Below the pieces are notes generated by a model that did no database searches, was not told the origin of the DNA, and saw only the letters and a program-made list of their open reading frames with translations. A DNA stretch of 64,000 bases, from assembly GCA_040954595.2 (NCBI GenBank), contig CM082580.2:5384783-5448782 (forward strand). Direction: 5' to 3'. Each line of letters begins with the position of its first letter. Position 1 is the stretch's first letter. Positions 49,980 through 62,692 of the stretch are shown here, in pieces. The stretch is from Balanoglossus misakiensis. Lineage: Eukaryota > Animalia > Hemichordata. The translations under genes and the position numbers were made by a program.

Positions 49980-52900
49980 ATGGAACTGTGGTTGATCACT
50001 ATCTTAATTGCCGCACTCAACGTGAATCAAATTGGTAAGTTATTTCACCTTCCCTCCACCGTGATTGTTGGAAACCCGGCGTAACAGACCGGGAATTGAG
50101 TTTGGGGTGTTTGATACAGTACCAAAAATGTTAAAATATGACACTGCAGCGGATTGTTGGCCAAAGTTCGCATTTTTGTGGCAAAAAAGTCGATCTTATG
50201 TTGACACTTCAATCTTCATCATCACTGATCCCACTGTACACTTTCCAAATGTTATTAATACCAGTTTAAAGGTATACAGTCACCTTTGCAAATTAAGCTA
50301 TAGTTACCGTGGAAAGTTGCAGATCTATAGCCAATCACATATTTTCAGTAAGTGGCACACGCGAAAATAAGAGCACCATCATATGTTCTTCAGAACACTC
50401 AAATACGCCATTTCAGTCATACATGAACGTATGCAAATTGGGGGTGACCGTATACCTTCAAAGTCTAGTCTGTAAAAGTTCTAATACCAATATTCCTTTT
50501 CTTTAATCATCAGCGACAATTGCACTCGCGTCAACAGGTAAGAATGTACATTGTATAGAACTCACCATACGCATGCAGACTGGTCCTTTATAGTTTTCGC
50601 CACTCTCACAAGTTTGAATACTTGGAAAGAATCATGTACATGTAGACTAAAAAATTCCGAAAACCATTTCCCTTTAGACAATACAGTAATAATATTTTCT
50701 GACAACGATGGAGATAGAAGCCCGACCGAAGGAAACGCGATTAGTGCCGACTGAATACCTACAAACCATTTCGAAAATACTTCCTTGTTACCAGACCATA
50801 TATCGATTCATTTGAGAAATCTCGACGAATGTTTACAGCTGGTTTGGCAAAGACTTACTTTGAGCGTAAATAAGTCTAGAGGCTTTTGAACATGTACCGA
50901 CAAGCGAGGAATCCAAATCGTATGGAGAAATGTAGGCCTAAATAACTCAACAGATACTTTTATTAGCAGAATATTTTCATCTTCCACACCCTGATACAGA
51001 AGTAATTAAAGGGTGAGTGTCGTCTGAACTGCACATGCGCGACTTTCCTGATTACAAACACACCATCAGTGTTGTTCCCGCTCTTCAACTGAACCCTGTC
51101 AATTGATACATGTTGCATCAAAATGAATTGGAAATGTGATAAAAAGTAACGACGCGTTGTTTGCCATGATGTACAATGTAATACAAAGTAGCAGCCGCAT
51201 TGTTTGTAATGATGCACATTGTAGCAGTTACACTTCGTGCCTAGTTTGACTTGCTTGCAACGTTTTCGTATGGGACCCATAGCCGCAGACTAGATTGTAC
51301 ATCGTCGTAAAACCACGACCTGTTTACGGCAACTGCTACGCGCTACCGCCAACAGGCCGTGGTGGATTTGGAAGGTTTTCGCGGATCCCAGCGTCAGTTC
51401 CAGCAGCCAGACAAAGGAACCAATCAGAGAGCCCGTCTCATAAAACTGCATAACTTATTTAAATGACAGTGCAAAATGGCGGATTTAAAGCTGACAGCAG
51501 CCGAAGAGCTCGCGATAAAACGACTACTGATTGGCTAATTCCAATGTCGTTTCTCATGAATAATTCATTAGTCTACGTCCTAAATTCCGGGGTTCCCTAC
51601 TGTAATCTGCCAGAGCCCGTTTTTTGCGTAGCTCCGCGGAGCGGAAACACGGTCGGCTCTGGCTTGCGAGAATGAGATTGTACTGTACATTCGTCGACTT
51701 TGAGGAGGCATTCGATCGAATCGACAGAGCGGCTCTCTCCTACAGAACGGGTAAATCGGGTCTTCGGGGTAAAATGTTTAGCATGCTTTCCTCTATTATA
51801 GTGTGAAAACATTGTGTGCTCGGTAGAGAAGAGTTGACGGAGTTTTTTGTCACTGCCCCCATAGAGTCAGACATGGTTGTATTCTTGAAAACTTAGCTTG
51901 GCCGACAATTGTTACGTTGAAGCGACCATTGGCTATGGCGCCAACTGCTAGACTTTTTCAAGGGCGCTGCCAGGAACCAGATTATGCCATATCTCTTAAA
52001 TTTTTCACGAATTGCGCGCTTACGAATATCTTAAATTGTCACGAAGCCCACACGCTGCCTCAAATTAATTATAGTTGCTCATTATCGTTGACAAGGCGAT
52101 TTGAACGAGTGCTACCGGGACACTAGAGGACAAGACTACCGCGGCGCAGTGGCAGTGACCGTGACAGGTGCGCGCTGCCAAAAATGGACCGAGCAGGCTC
52201 CCTGGACACACACGTATACACCGAGGGCCTATCCAGATGCTGGACTCGGAGATCACAACTACTGTCGCAATCCGGGGGGTTATCCAAGTGGTGCCTGGTG
52301 CATGGTGGATGATCCGAACGCTCCGAGGTACTGGGATCGGTGTGACATCGGCCGAAAGGGCGAAGCATGCAGTAGGTTTAGTGTATTTTTTCATTAAAAA
52401 TAATTTCAAGGAAAGACTTTATCTGTAGACAGTTGACTAATGCAGACGCTAGTTCGGTAGCGGCAATCATTACAATGTGCTACAAATGTGCAGGTATTTT
52501 CTATTATGCGTTTACTAAAAAGTTATTTCAGACAATGATGTGTAAGTTGTATTTCATTTTGAACAAGATGGTAACAACTGTCCAGATGGTGAGAAGAAAT
52601 GGCGAGATGACTTACGGTGCGGAGCAGCCTATCCTCTTCCCAATGGCAGTCCCGCAGAGTGTGACCCTGATGGAATTTATCCGTGTTGTTCACGACACAA
52701 TTGGTGTGGAAAGACTGCAGCTCACTGCACGTGCTCTCAATGCATTGATTATAGAAGTGAGTGGATTTTGTATAACTCTTTCAAGTCGTGATGACTGCAT
52801 TATTTAATAGACACATTTTATACAGCCATTTGAGGTACAGTTGCATTGATGCGTGCATATATACTTACATGTATTACAGTCAACCCCCTATATAGTGGCC

Positions 52901-53086
52901 ACTTTGTTACAGTCGCTGTGCAATTCACATATGCATTAATTAACCTCTATGTAAAGGCCACCTGTCTGTAAAGGCCAGTTTAGGAAAGTCCTTGTTGTCT
53001 GGCCATTATAGACAGGTTCGACTGTATGATCGATAAAACTCTTGATTCTATTTTATCTATCACCAGTGAGGGCTGCGTCTGTGTGA
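49980..53086 (+). CDS. Small secreted protein (~187 aa): signal peptide + one kringle domain + one hevein-like (chitin-binding type 1-like) Cys-rich domain
   Basis: Exons 49980-50034 (MELWLITILIAALNVNQI), 50514-50537, 52096-52371 (kringle: ECY..RGQDYRG....TVTGARCQKW..HNYCRNP..AWC..WDRC), 52568-52756 (WRDDLRCG..YP..G.PAECDP...PCCSRHNWCG....HCTCSQCIDYR), 53067-53086 (stop). All introns are phase 1. AATAAA at ~53334. The first two exons and the last exon are less certain than the two domain exons. Confidence 0.75.
50266..50461. mobile_element. MITE of the same family as 15776-15966, opposite orientation
   Basis: TTAAAGGTATACAGTCACC ... GGTGACCGTATACCTTCAA. The internal sequence resembles the reverse complement of the 15.8-kb copy. 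Confidence 0.7.
51672..51890 (+). mobile_element. Degenerate non-LTR retrotransposon (LINE) reverse-transcriptase fragment in an intron
   Basis: Translates as RLYCTFVDFEEAFDRIDRAAL...GLRGKM (cf. LINE RT motif F.DF.KAFD.V.R..L...G..G) and, after disruption, RVRHGCIL (cf. GVRQGC.LS). Confidence 0.7.
52875..53026. mobile_element. Tc1/mariner(pogo)-type MITE, related to 46129-46253 in reverse orientation
   Basis: TA-CAGTCAACC ... GGTTCGACTG-TA. Internal AGTGGCCACTTTGTTACAGTC is the reverse complement of the sequence in the 46.2-kb copy. Confidence 0.65.
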
Positions 53087-54077
53087 GGTTGAAGTCAAGG
53101 CGGGTTAAACTCCACGACACGAGAATAACATTTCACGTCATTCTTTTCGCTAATCGGTATATTGCAAAATCCCGAGAAATTCGGTGAAGCGTCAAATCAT
53201 TTGTAATTTTTAGGGCGTTAGTCTACAGAACATAATCACAACGTACGTGCATTTAGTTTGTTGCAAATTTGAAAAGACAAAACTTGTATTTGGTGGCGGT
53301 GGGAAAAAAAACGCTAGTTCATTCTTTATCGTGAATAAAACAGTCTCTGCAAAGCTTTCTTGTCCATGGGCTTTATTTTCTGCAGGCCTACTTGATACAG
53401 TGCCGAAGGAGAGCTACAACTGATAAGCAAGATGTAAGCTAGCATCTTTTATTACAATTGCACATTGTATCCTACCTGCTCCAGATTAATAGAGCACTCT
53501 AATACATACATATACCGATTAAAACATGACTGGATTGTATCACAGCCTTACAAATTGATAATAAGACACTACGGGATCTAGGACAGTTGCCCCCGGATAT
53601 GGCCCCGCACCAGCCCGAGAAAACCCTATCCTAAGTACCACTAACAGGTTGATGGTAAATGTCACGGTGCGAGGAATGTTCAAGGGGGTGACCGTCTTGA
53701 TACATGCGTCTCTGACGGTGCATGGCTTCGGTGTGCACGTGTGTATACTGTCTGCTCAGTACGTACGTGCCCACGTCATAGCCGCACGGTTAATAAGACC
53801 CACACGCATGCGTCAAGTCGTCTTGATGTTGTGCAATGATCGTGTCATGTTTTAGAAAGCCACTTTCAAAAGTGGTATGTTGACAGAAAGCTTTTTCAAA
53901 TAAAAAATAAAATAGAGACGTAAAAAAAACATTTCACTACAAGTTCGCACAACATTCTCTCAAAAGTAAAGGCAATGTCAACCTTAAACACGTCTTTTTC
54001 CCCAGATGTTGATAAGTTCTCTAACACGAAGGCCATCTCAATGAGATATGCTACACGGCATGTGTGAATTTCATATT

Positions 54078-54090
54078 AACAAAACAAAAC

Positions 54091-54121
<31 letters not shown>

Positions 54122-54132
54122 AAAATAAAATA
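54078..54132. repeat. (AAAAC)n/(AAAAT)n pentanucleotide repeat
   Basis: Directly visible. Confidence 0.85.
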
Positions 54133-54608
54133 AGCTAAACTGAATTAAGCTATTTTAGATATTTCAATAAGGTAAAATCATGATGCGAAAATTTATGATT
54201 AAAACTTAATTCCTTGTGGTTCTGTGCGATAATAGCGTTCTTATTCACTCTTAGATTCAAATCTAGTATATTTTTCCCCTGGTGATACTGAGTCACAGAA
54301 ATAAAAAATGGTCAAAGCAAGTGTCAGGTCGATATCATAAAGGCTCATGTTTAGAAATTCCAGAATTATTTCGTCGCATCGGTATCTTAATCCATTCTTC
54401 GAGGGAGCTTTCATTTATTAGGATGGGTGAGCTGTATTACCCAATGTATGTAATAATCAACCCAATAATAATACTAACCAATCATTGGACACCTTTTAGC
54501 AATGTGCCGTAGGACAGTGTCACATTCTACGTGACCAATTTCCTCTGGCCCACCCCTTCATAATACAATGAAAGCTCCCGAAGGATAATCGAGAAAACAG
54601 AAGCTTCA

Positions 54609-55643
54609 TCACGAACTCTTCAGGGCGGTCTTTCCAGTTTTCATTGTATGATCTTCATGCTTGTAAAAGAGGCTTCCCGTGAATCTCCTGAAGAAATACT
54701 GGTGTTTGATCAACACGGACGAAATGAACACTACCAACAGGTTGCCGACCAGGGCCAAGAGGCCAATACCCAGCGACCAGAAGAAGGTCGGCTCGGCGCC
54801 GTGGGCGATGAGATACTCGCGGCGGTGGACCATGTCCCAGGTCAGCCCGTTGAGTTGATCGTTGGTGGCGAAGGCGACCAGGATGTGGAAGAGTTGGTGG
54901 CTGTGTCCGACGACGTCGAACTTGCCGGGGGCGACGCACTCGGGGAAGTGGGTGGCGAAGAGGAAGGCCACGAAGGGCGCCACCAGGAACTGTCGCAGGT
55001 GGGGTTTGAACGACTCGTCCGGGCAGCTCTCGTTGAAGCAGACGAAGAGTCGGGCCAGCAGCGGTATGCTGTCAAATATGTACGGCAACGCAAAGGAGGA
55101 CAGTCGCAAAAGTTTCTTCAGCATGTCCTTCCTACCGAAGCGGGAGCTGCAGGACGAGAAGGTGCAGCAGACCGCGATGACGGCGGCAACGGGGGCGTAT
55201 ACGCGGTAGAAGTAACCGCCTAGCCAAGACGCGGGAAACACGTAGAAGTTGTAGGCGATGGCGGCGCCCACACCGTAGAAAGTGATGGCGGCGTAGTCGA
55301 AGAAGAAACACACGTGGCGGGCGTGGTCTGACAGGCAGTTGAAGAGGTGAGCCGTGCTGCTGCCGAACAGGTATCCGCAGACCGAGATCAGGTAGATGCA
55401 CAGAGGCCAGCTGTAGGAATCGGTGAAGAAGTTGTAGACATAGGAGTAGGAAAAGAGCTTCCACAGGAAGTACAGCAAGGGCAAGAAGTGGGTCCAGAAA
55501 TTCAGGGTTTCGTTGGTGGGCTGGAACATGCTCTTCAGGCAGCAGAGCAGCGAGGATCTAGACGAGCGATACTTGGAGACGATGAACGGCTCCTGGAAGT
55601 CGCTGGGCATCTGGTTGACCTGAAATAATTTCACTGTCCACAT
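54609..55643 (-). CDS. PAQR-family membrane progestin receptor-like protein (class II PAQR, mPR-like; 344 aa)
   Basis: Intronless CDS with PAQR motifs NETLNFWTH, SSTAHLF, FFDY, PECVAPGKFDVVGHSHQLFH and 7-8 hydrophobic segments. Acceptor at ~55700 and a donor at ~58022 suggest a 5'UTR intron. Orthology among PAQR5-9 cannot be resolved by eye. Confidence 0.93.
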   Translation of the reverse strand: MWTVKLFQVNQMPSDFQEPFIVSKYRSSRSSLLCCLKSMFQPTNETLNFWTHFLPLLYFLWKLFSYSYVYNFFTDSYSWPLCIYLISVCGYLFGSSTAHLFNCLSDHARHVCFFFDYAAITFYGVGAAIAYNFYVFPASWLGGYFYRVYAPVAAVIAVCCTFSSCSSRFGRKDMLKKLLRLSSFALPYIFDSIPLLARLFVCFNESCPDESFKPHLRQFLVAPFVAFLFATHFPECVAPGKFDVVGHSHQLFHILVAFATNDQLNGLTWDMVHRREYLIAHGAEPTFFWSLGIGLLALVGNLLVVFISSVLIKHQYFFRRFTGSLFYKHEDHTMKTGKTALKSS

Positions 55644-58600
55644 TTTGAAGTCCGATACGTCTCACACAGCTCGCGATCACGAAATCACACGGTTACAGTC
55701 TGTAGGAAATGCAGAGAAACGCAACACTCAGTGAAATTGCACTTTCTAATGGACAACCTTTTTCGAATGAGGATGATATAATTTAGATCAGTGGGGAACA
55801 TAATTTGCAATCACAGTCCAAAGAAAGGTGTGGGGTTTCACACCAAGAGGTCAAGGAATTGTATAGATATCAGTGCTTTTAAAAGGAAACGCAATTTAAT
55901 CTGATAGATTCTATGAGACAATCAACGTGATTTTTCTCTGGACAATTGTGTGATTGCGAAATAAGCTTCACTAAAAGAATGACAGTTCAAAGGTAAATCT
56001 AATTCGCGAGACATAATGGTTTAATACCAAATCCCTTGTGTTCTCGGTATCGAACCTATAATTGCAATGTGAGAAACCATATGGTGAAACGAAGCCTAGA
56101 GCTTTGTGCAAGAGGTGTGTCCAGACCAATTCTTTAATGACCGTTTTCAGTTCAAAAGATATATCTTTTCTCGCAACACCCAAAATGGCACTACCTACCA
56201 CTTTGGAATTTATGTCGCTTGTAATTTAACCACATTTCAAACTATAAAAAATCCTACTAGCCGCGCCCGACTGAAAGTAATTACCTCACTTTTCTATTTG
56301 CAAGTCTGACCAAACAGCACTGCCACTGGCTATTTTCTTTGATGGACATGACGTCGTAAACGGCGAGCCTCTTTACGGCAACCGTCGCATTGCGTAGCAA
56401 CCTGGGAGCACAAATAAAGCTACGGCTCTCGCTCGAGAATGCGTATGTAGGGCCCGTGATTCCCGTGTTTCGACAGTCCACAAGAACGGTACCCTCAATC
56501 CTAACGAATACAGAAGAGTGCTTTTTGCAACCTAGAATATATTGATAGCGCCAAGTGCCTGCCGGCGAAGGCAAATAAATCTACGAGCACTCGCATGCAT
56601 GCACTGTTAGTCTCGACTTCATCGCTATGACAACCAGTGAGAAACCTATAAAGTGACTTCGCCGTATTGCCATATACATAATGGTCGTGATTATGTAATG
56701 TCAACAGTGTTTTTCACACAGTCACTTGAAGTCGTTAACGCAAATATCACATATATAACACTTTATCAACTACAAATTTGCAATGTTACTGATGATAATC
56801 TTTTCCCTGCCTTGGTTTGTTTTATTTCTTCTGACTACTAATTGCCTCCTTGTTTTACTTGAAGATATTTTTTCACGAGAAAATAGTGTGCCGTACCTAT
56901 TATTCGTTTCGTAGCTTTAAAAATATGTCTCGGATTCTTCGCAATCGATTCGATGTGCCCCTTCCCAAAAGTCCACGAGAGGAATGGCTTTATCACAAAC
57001 CAACGACGACTGACCTTTGCATTGTCTGTTGCCTATATCTGATGTCTCATCGCGTAGCCATGAGCATGCACGGGGGTCGGGATTTCAACACACCTGATCA
57101 AAATTTGGCAACAGCGTGTACAGCCGGTCACAGGACTTTGAACTTGTCCACGCGGCCACGCGAAGAACTAGAATCCTTCTGCCCAAACCCAGGTAATATT
57201 GCAGGAATTGGCGATGTGTATATACGTACACATACCTGAAAGCGTATGCGTTCTACTGAGCATTGGCAATAGGAAACGGAATAATCAGCCGTCTTCTGCC
57301 GACGGCAAGGCGGGTGTTTCACGCTGACAATTACAGGCAGGATAGAAATCACGGCGCACGGTACAGACATCTGACGCAAACCTGGACGACTAATTGCAGC
57401 GATAAGAGGCTTCTATTGCCAGCCGTAATATGTCAAATTAAACCCGTGGGGGTCGGTGTTTTCCGCAGGTCATCTTGTAATGCGACGTTTGCTTATTCTC
57501 TCGTGACTAACATTTTATGTTCTTATATTAATGAATGACTTAAACGGCAGGTTGTATATTTTCGCAATTTGTAAAGGTCTATGCCTGGGTAAAATTGTGT
57601 ATAGGTGATATTTTACACCTGAAAAAATTGCCATTGCAATTCGATTCCTTTGAGAGGTCTTAGCAGGTCTTAGCAGCGCACAACCACTTCCTTAAAATGT
57701 TAGGATGATCATGATATCCCAGGGCAATGTTAGACCTTCGGCAGAGATATGCGAGACAGGACCTACACACAAGTCGCGTTCCGCGCAGGCTAAATCAAAT
57801 ACACGGGGTTTACATTGGTATATCTGATATCGGGATAACCGTTCTGTACGCGAAAACACACATTCAGTGGTGATCAAACAATACGGAAATATCGAACATA
57901 CTTTAGACAGTTATCGGTGGAATACATTGTCGCTGAATATAGAAATTCAGACAGTCATATATAGGCCTAGGCCTACTTCCAAACATATATTTCACAGTGT
58001 ATTTTCTTAGCACAAATCTTACCTTTAGGGTAATAATTTACGCTCCTTACAATTGGACGAGGGCAATTTCCCCAATCAACAGAAATTACACGCCGACTTC
58101 ACCGTGAATTCTTATTTCATATGAATTTCTTATTTCACCGTATCACCGGCTGCCTAATACCACGGAGCTCCTCACCACACGCGGGGGGTGGACGTGTCGG
58201 ACCTGGACGCTTCCCAACAACTGCCGCTCGACGGGCATTGAGGAGATAACGGCCAATGAGATTACGTGTCTGATATCAGCGTGGGCATACCTGTGACGTT
58301 GCGATATGACAGGTACAGTCAGACACGGGCAGACACTGGTACCTGATAACAAAGGCAAACAGATGCATGATGTCATTCTCCCTCGACTTCCTGCAACGGT
58401 TTTTTAGCGTGGACTTGCAGCGCAGAAGATCTCCATCACACCTGGTGATCGTGGTATGCCCCCAGATATTAAAATGCCGGGTCTTCGTACTATGACCGTT
58501 CTTTGTTTGTATAAAACATCCTTACAATGTGAGGAGCGCTGTGTGTTTTGTGAGTGTTTCCATGCAACAATAGCAAACGGTTAATTAACAGAAATTAATA

Positions 58601-60139
58601 ATGGGACTGGTGTGACCCGGAGACTGTCACCGTATAGGCGATGTCATGTACTGATATTAGTCAAATCATAAACTATCTGACATGCACATATGTTGTGTGA
58701 ATTTAACTAATATATCGCTGCTTTTGCAATTATTTGTGGATACTGTCAGTTGAAATAATTTTGCCAATGAATGCTTTTTTTTTTAAATTACATCGATTCA
58801 TCTTAATTAAGTCCACGCAGCACGTGCATGTTGGACACGTGTATAAATCACAGACGAACGAAAAAGGTGCATGAATACCCGGTCACTCCATAATAAGTTT
58901 GTGGAGTAACCGTACCGAAACGGGTTCTACAACATTCAATTCTTCTGATCTACTTTGGGAATTAAAATTTTGTTTGGGGGATAGATTGCCCGAAGTCAAA
59001 TTTAAAAGTTGATTTTTACTATACAAAGACTGTACCTGATATAGTTGGTCACAGAAAAAGGGGAAGTAATAAAACAAAATCGCATTAATTACATTTGAAA
59101 TAAGTTTTAAGAGCTAAGTTTGGAGAAGGTTTTCACTATACCAGGGGAAATGCGGCGTTAAACCAAATAAATACATAAAACGCACTATTCAATTTTATGG
59201 ATGTTGTATTCTATAGGAATATTTGGCGCTTTGCCATATGCAATGACTTTCTCGTCACTTTTTGTCGTCTGCTTCATGTTTAATGCTCGGTCCCGGGCAC
59301 GCGTTTTCACATTCATCGACGCGACTTTTGTTGAATTTCTCGGGAACCTAGCTAAGGTTAATTCCCACACGACGAATTCACATTCGTTCTACCCCAAGTC
59401 ATTATTAAACTGAATCGCAGCCAGTCGATGCTGTAAATCAACTAAGTGCTCTCTCTCTCTCAACATACAGCCAATAGCAGCATCGCTACGACCATAGTTT
59501 ACGTGTGTGTATATCAATGTGATTTTTCAAAATGACTTCCACTTTTTCTATTACGGAGCAATTACGTTGGCCCCGGGGGTACCGCACAGAAAACTAGCGA
59601 CCGTGTCAATTCAAAATTGAAAAGATACTGCGAGATTGCAAGATTGCAAATCGCTGATCCTGGGGGCAGTGTTAGCGAGTGAAAGAACGGATTCTACAGA
59701 GACGGGATGTCTGCGACATTTTCATAATGGCCTGTTCTGATGTCTGGTTTTCTGTACACTGCAAAAGTAATTCAAAACCCCCTTGAGTTACACTCACTGC
59801 AAATGCAAAACAAAACAAAACCTGAGGACAGGGATTGTTCGGAATCCACGAATAGTAACACAACAAAACTCACATAGACACGCAAGTGGGGTCAATATTT
59901 TATTTCCAACAATTACCACAAATCAAATCCCCAAAATACACATTTTCATTTTCAAGCAAGTAGTCCCAAAGTATGCATCACCAAGTAATTTTTCGTGAAA
60001 ATGTCACGTGTTTCCGTGACAGAACAAGAGGCATTGTTGGCGTTTGTATCAAGCAAGGAGATGTGGTATACTAGTACTTTTATACCAAAAATGTTATATA
60101 AACTATTGTCTGTGGTGCTATTATAAATGTATACATTTT

Positions 60140-60379
60140 TACAGTGTTTCATCCTGGACTGTGGAATGTGTCGGGATTTCGCTCAACCTGTCAATCATTG
60201 GAGGGGTCTCTATGATGCTACTAGAAGATATCCATGTTGCCATTCAAAGACTTAGACACGCCCTTTGACCATATATGGATATATGTAAATAAGAGGTGAT
60301 CGTATACCTTTAAAACTGCAGGAAACTGTTAAGCACAATTTCTCTCCCATTACCATGACATCCTGGATGAAACACTGTA
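60140..60379. mobile_element. MITE with CAGTG termini and TA flanks
   Basis: TA-CAGTGTTTCATCCTGGA ... TCCTGGATGAAACACTG-TA (17-bp TIR, one mismatch). Confidence 0.65.
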
Positions 60380-61675
60380 TTTATATATACTTGCAGGTTA
60401 GTTCAATGTATCAGGGTTTATTTTCTGGCAATAATCACACAAAATTATACCTTATGTGATAAATTCCCTCAAAAAAATCCCACCATTTGGGATGAAAAAA
60501 GTCAGGTACATGAACAAGATGAAATGTAATTACTGCCATAAATCTTTTTGACGTGACAAAAATCATAGTACCACTTATTCATCATGGTAAATACTACAAA
60601 AAAATGCAACTATGTGTACCAAACGTTAAACAGAAAACACAAACAATTTAACATGTAAATTTCAATGCAGATTGACAAGGCTGGAATTACAATCAAGTGC
60701 AAGGCTTCTGGACATATGTGATGAATTACAAATCTGACAGTGACAAAGCTTGACTGGTCACAAGTTCCTTGAAAAGTACCCAACACTCCAAGTCAAGCAA
60801 TCATCAAAGCGAATTAAAACAATTTCTACCTTCTTACAATCTTTACAATTTACACAAATCACTAAAAAACATAACAGTGTTGTATTATGACAATTTCTAT
60901 AAAGAACAACAGAAAATCAACAAATATATATATTTTACACTTTTATACACAACCAATCTGACACAATCTTATGGAGATTACAGTTGAAATCTACACACTA
61001 GTACTTGAATATAGTTGATGACATGCTATGCATTGCACTTCACACGTCCTCAACCCCTACAGTTAAAATAATCAGCCGATCTACAATATTCCCTTATTTT
61101 CACGTTATCTCCCTGTCTCATCACATCACATCATATTGGTGATGTCCTGAGAACACAATCCGACTGCTGATAGGCCAATTACGTGCATAATCAATCATTC
61201 AGACAAGATCCAGCCAATCCCATTGCAGGTACAAAAAACTACTAGACGTAAACGTAAAAATTGCAGGGATTCGGCAATACATGTACTTGGTCAACGCCTT
61301 GACCGGGTGTGTAAGCAGAAGTGTGTAGAAAATCTACTTCAAACAATAATACAAGTAAAAACTTTTTAGAAACTTTGTATGATCTACTGCCAATTAAAGC
61401 AATACATGTATACCAAAAAGAGATTACCAGCCTGTTCATTGTAACTACACTACAGTTAACATTTTTTTGTTTGTCTTTTTTTTCTCAAATATATAAATAT
61501 ACGTATATTGACAGAGCTGTTATGAACAAGTCGTGCCTCAACATTATTAAATATACGCCACCGCTGATGTTGAATTCAGGAGGCTGAGTTAAAAAAATAT
61601 AGCAAATATGACAAGAGAGCGTACTTGTTGTTTTATACGTCTCTACAAGGGGCAGTTGCACAGAGGTGGTATGTG

Positions 61676-61864
61676 TACTGTAAAATGGGAAATTTCGGCG
61701 AACAATACATTTTTCGCGAACTATAGTAAAGAAGCAACGTAAAAATGGTTTGGAGATAACGATGCAGTGAAATACGAGAACGCAATAATTAATAGTCGTG
61801 TACCAGTTGCCTCTTTCGATATCCCGAAAAATTTCCTGTCGCGAAAATTTCCTGTTTTACAGTA
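61676..61864. mobile_element. MITE with CTGTAAAA termini and TA flanks
   Basis: TACTGTAAAATGGGAAATTT ... AAATTTCCTGTTTTACAGTA inverted termini. Confidence 0.65.
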
Positions 61865-62441
61865 TATTTTGTGTGTCGACAGTTACTTCAGCAGAATCCA
61901 CTGAATTCAGTAGTAACACTTTATGTAGCTGAAAAATGCACACAACAAGGTGATGAGATGAGCCAGCCATGGAAGCCAAAAGCCAGCTACACTGCCCAGG
62001 AATACAGTTGTCAAACTATACCATAAAATATTTCAGCGGTTTTCTGTTCCGACCATACCACTATGAGAGGGGTGAACAGCTTCATAAATAGTGCGACTAT
62101 AAATAGATGTTTTAAGAACACTCAAGCCAACAGCCACGGTATAAAATTACAAACTTGTTGAAAAACAACACATTGTTACTACCTAAATGTTTCTTATAAA
62201 AATTCTACAAATACATACAAAAACTTGACCACTAGATCGAAGGCGCTATCATAGCTGTTACTCTCAACTACATCAGGTACATCACAGTCTTACTGAAGTG
62301 CCAGACTGGGATGAGTCACAAAACACTATAGCCAGATTTTTATGATGACTATGAATACAAAAGACACTACAACCATTACATCATATGATATGTCAAAACT
62401 TGTCATCTTTGACGTTAATCAGCAGATGATCTGAGTTTGCC

Positions 62442-62692
62442 ATTATGGTATAAATTAGCCAAATAAGGTATGAATTTTCCAAATATGGTGTGAATTGGCC
62501 AAGGTATGAATTAGCTAAATATGGTATTTACTTTCCAAATATGGCACGAGTTTGCCAAATATGGTATGAATTTTCCAAATATGGCATGAATTTTCCAAAT
62601 ATGGCTTGAGTTGGCCAAATATGGTATGAGTTGGCGATTTTGGTATGAATCTTTCAAATATGGCCCAAGTTTGCAAAATATGGTCTGAATTT
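62442..62692. repeat. 20-bp minisatellite (~12 degenerate copies)
   Basis: Consensus CAAATATGGTATGAATTTTC, period 20. Confidence 0.85.

Noticed and set aside
54648-55628. Long antisense and alternate-frame ORFs over the PAQR CDS
   Set aside because: Expected from very high GC3. No independent coding signal.
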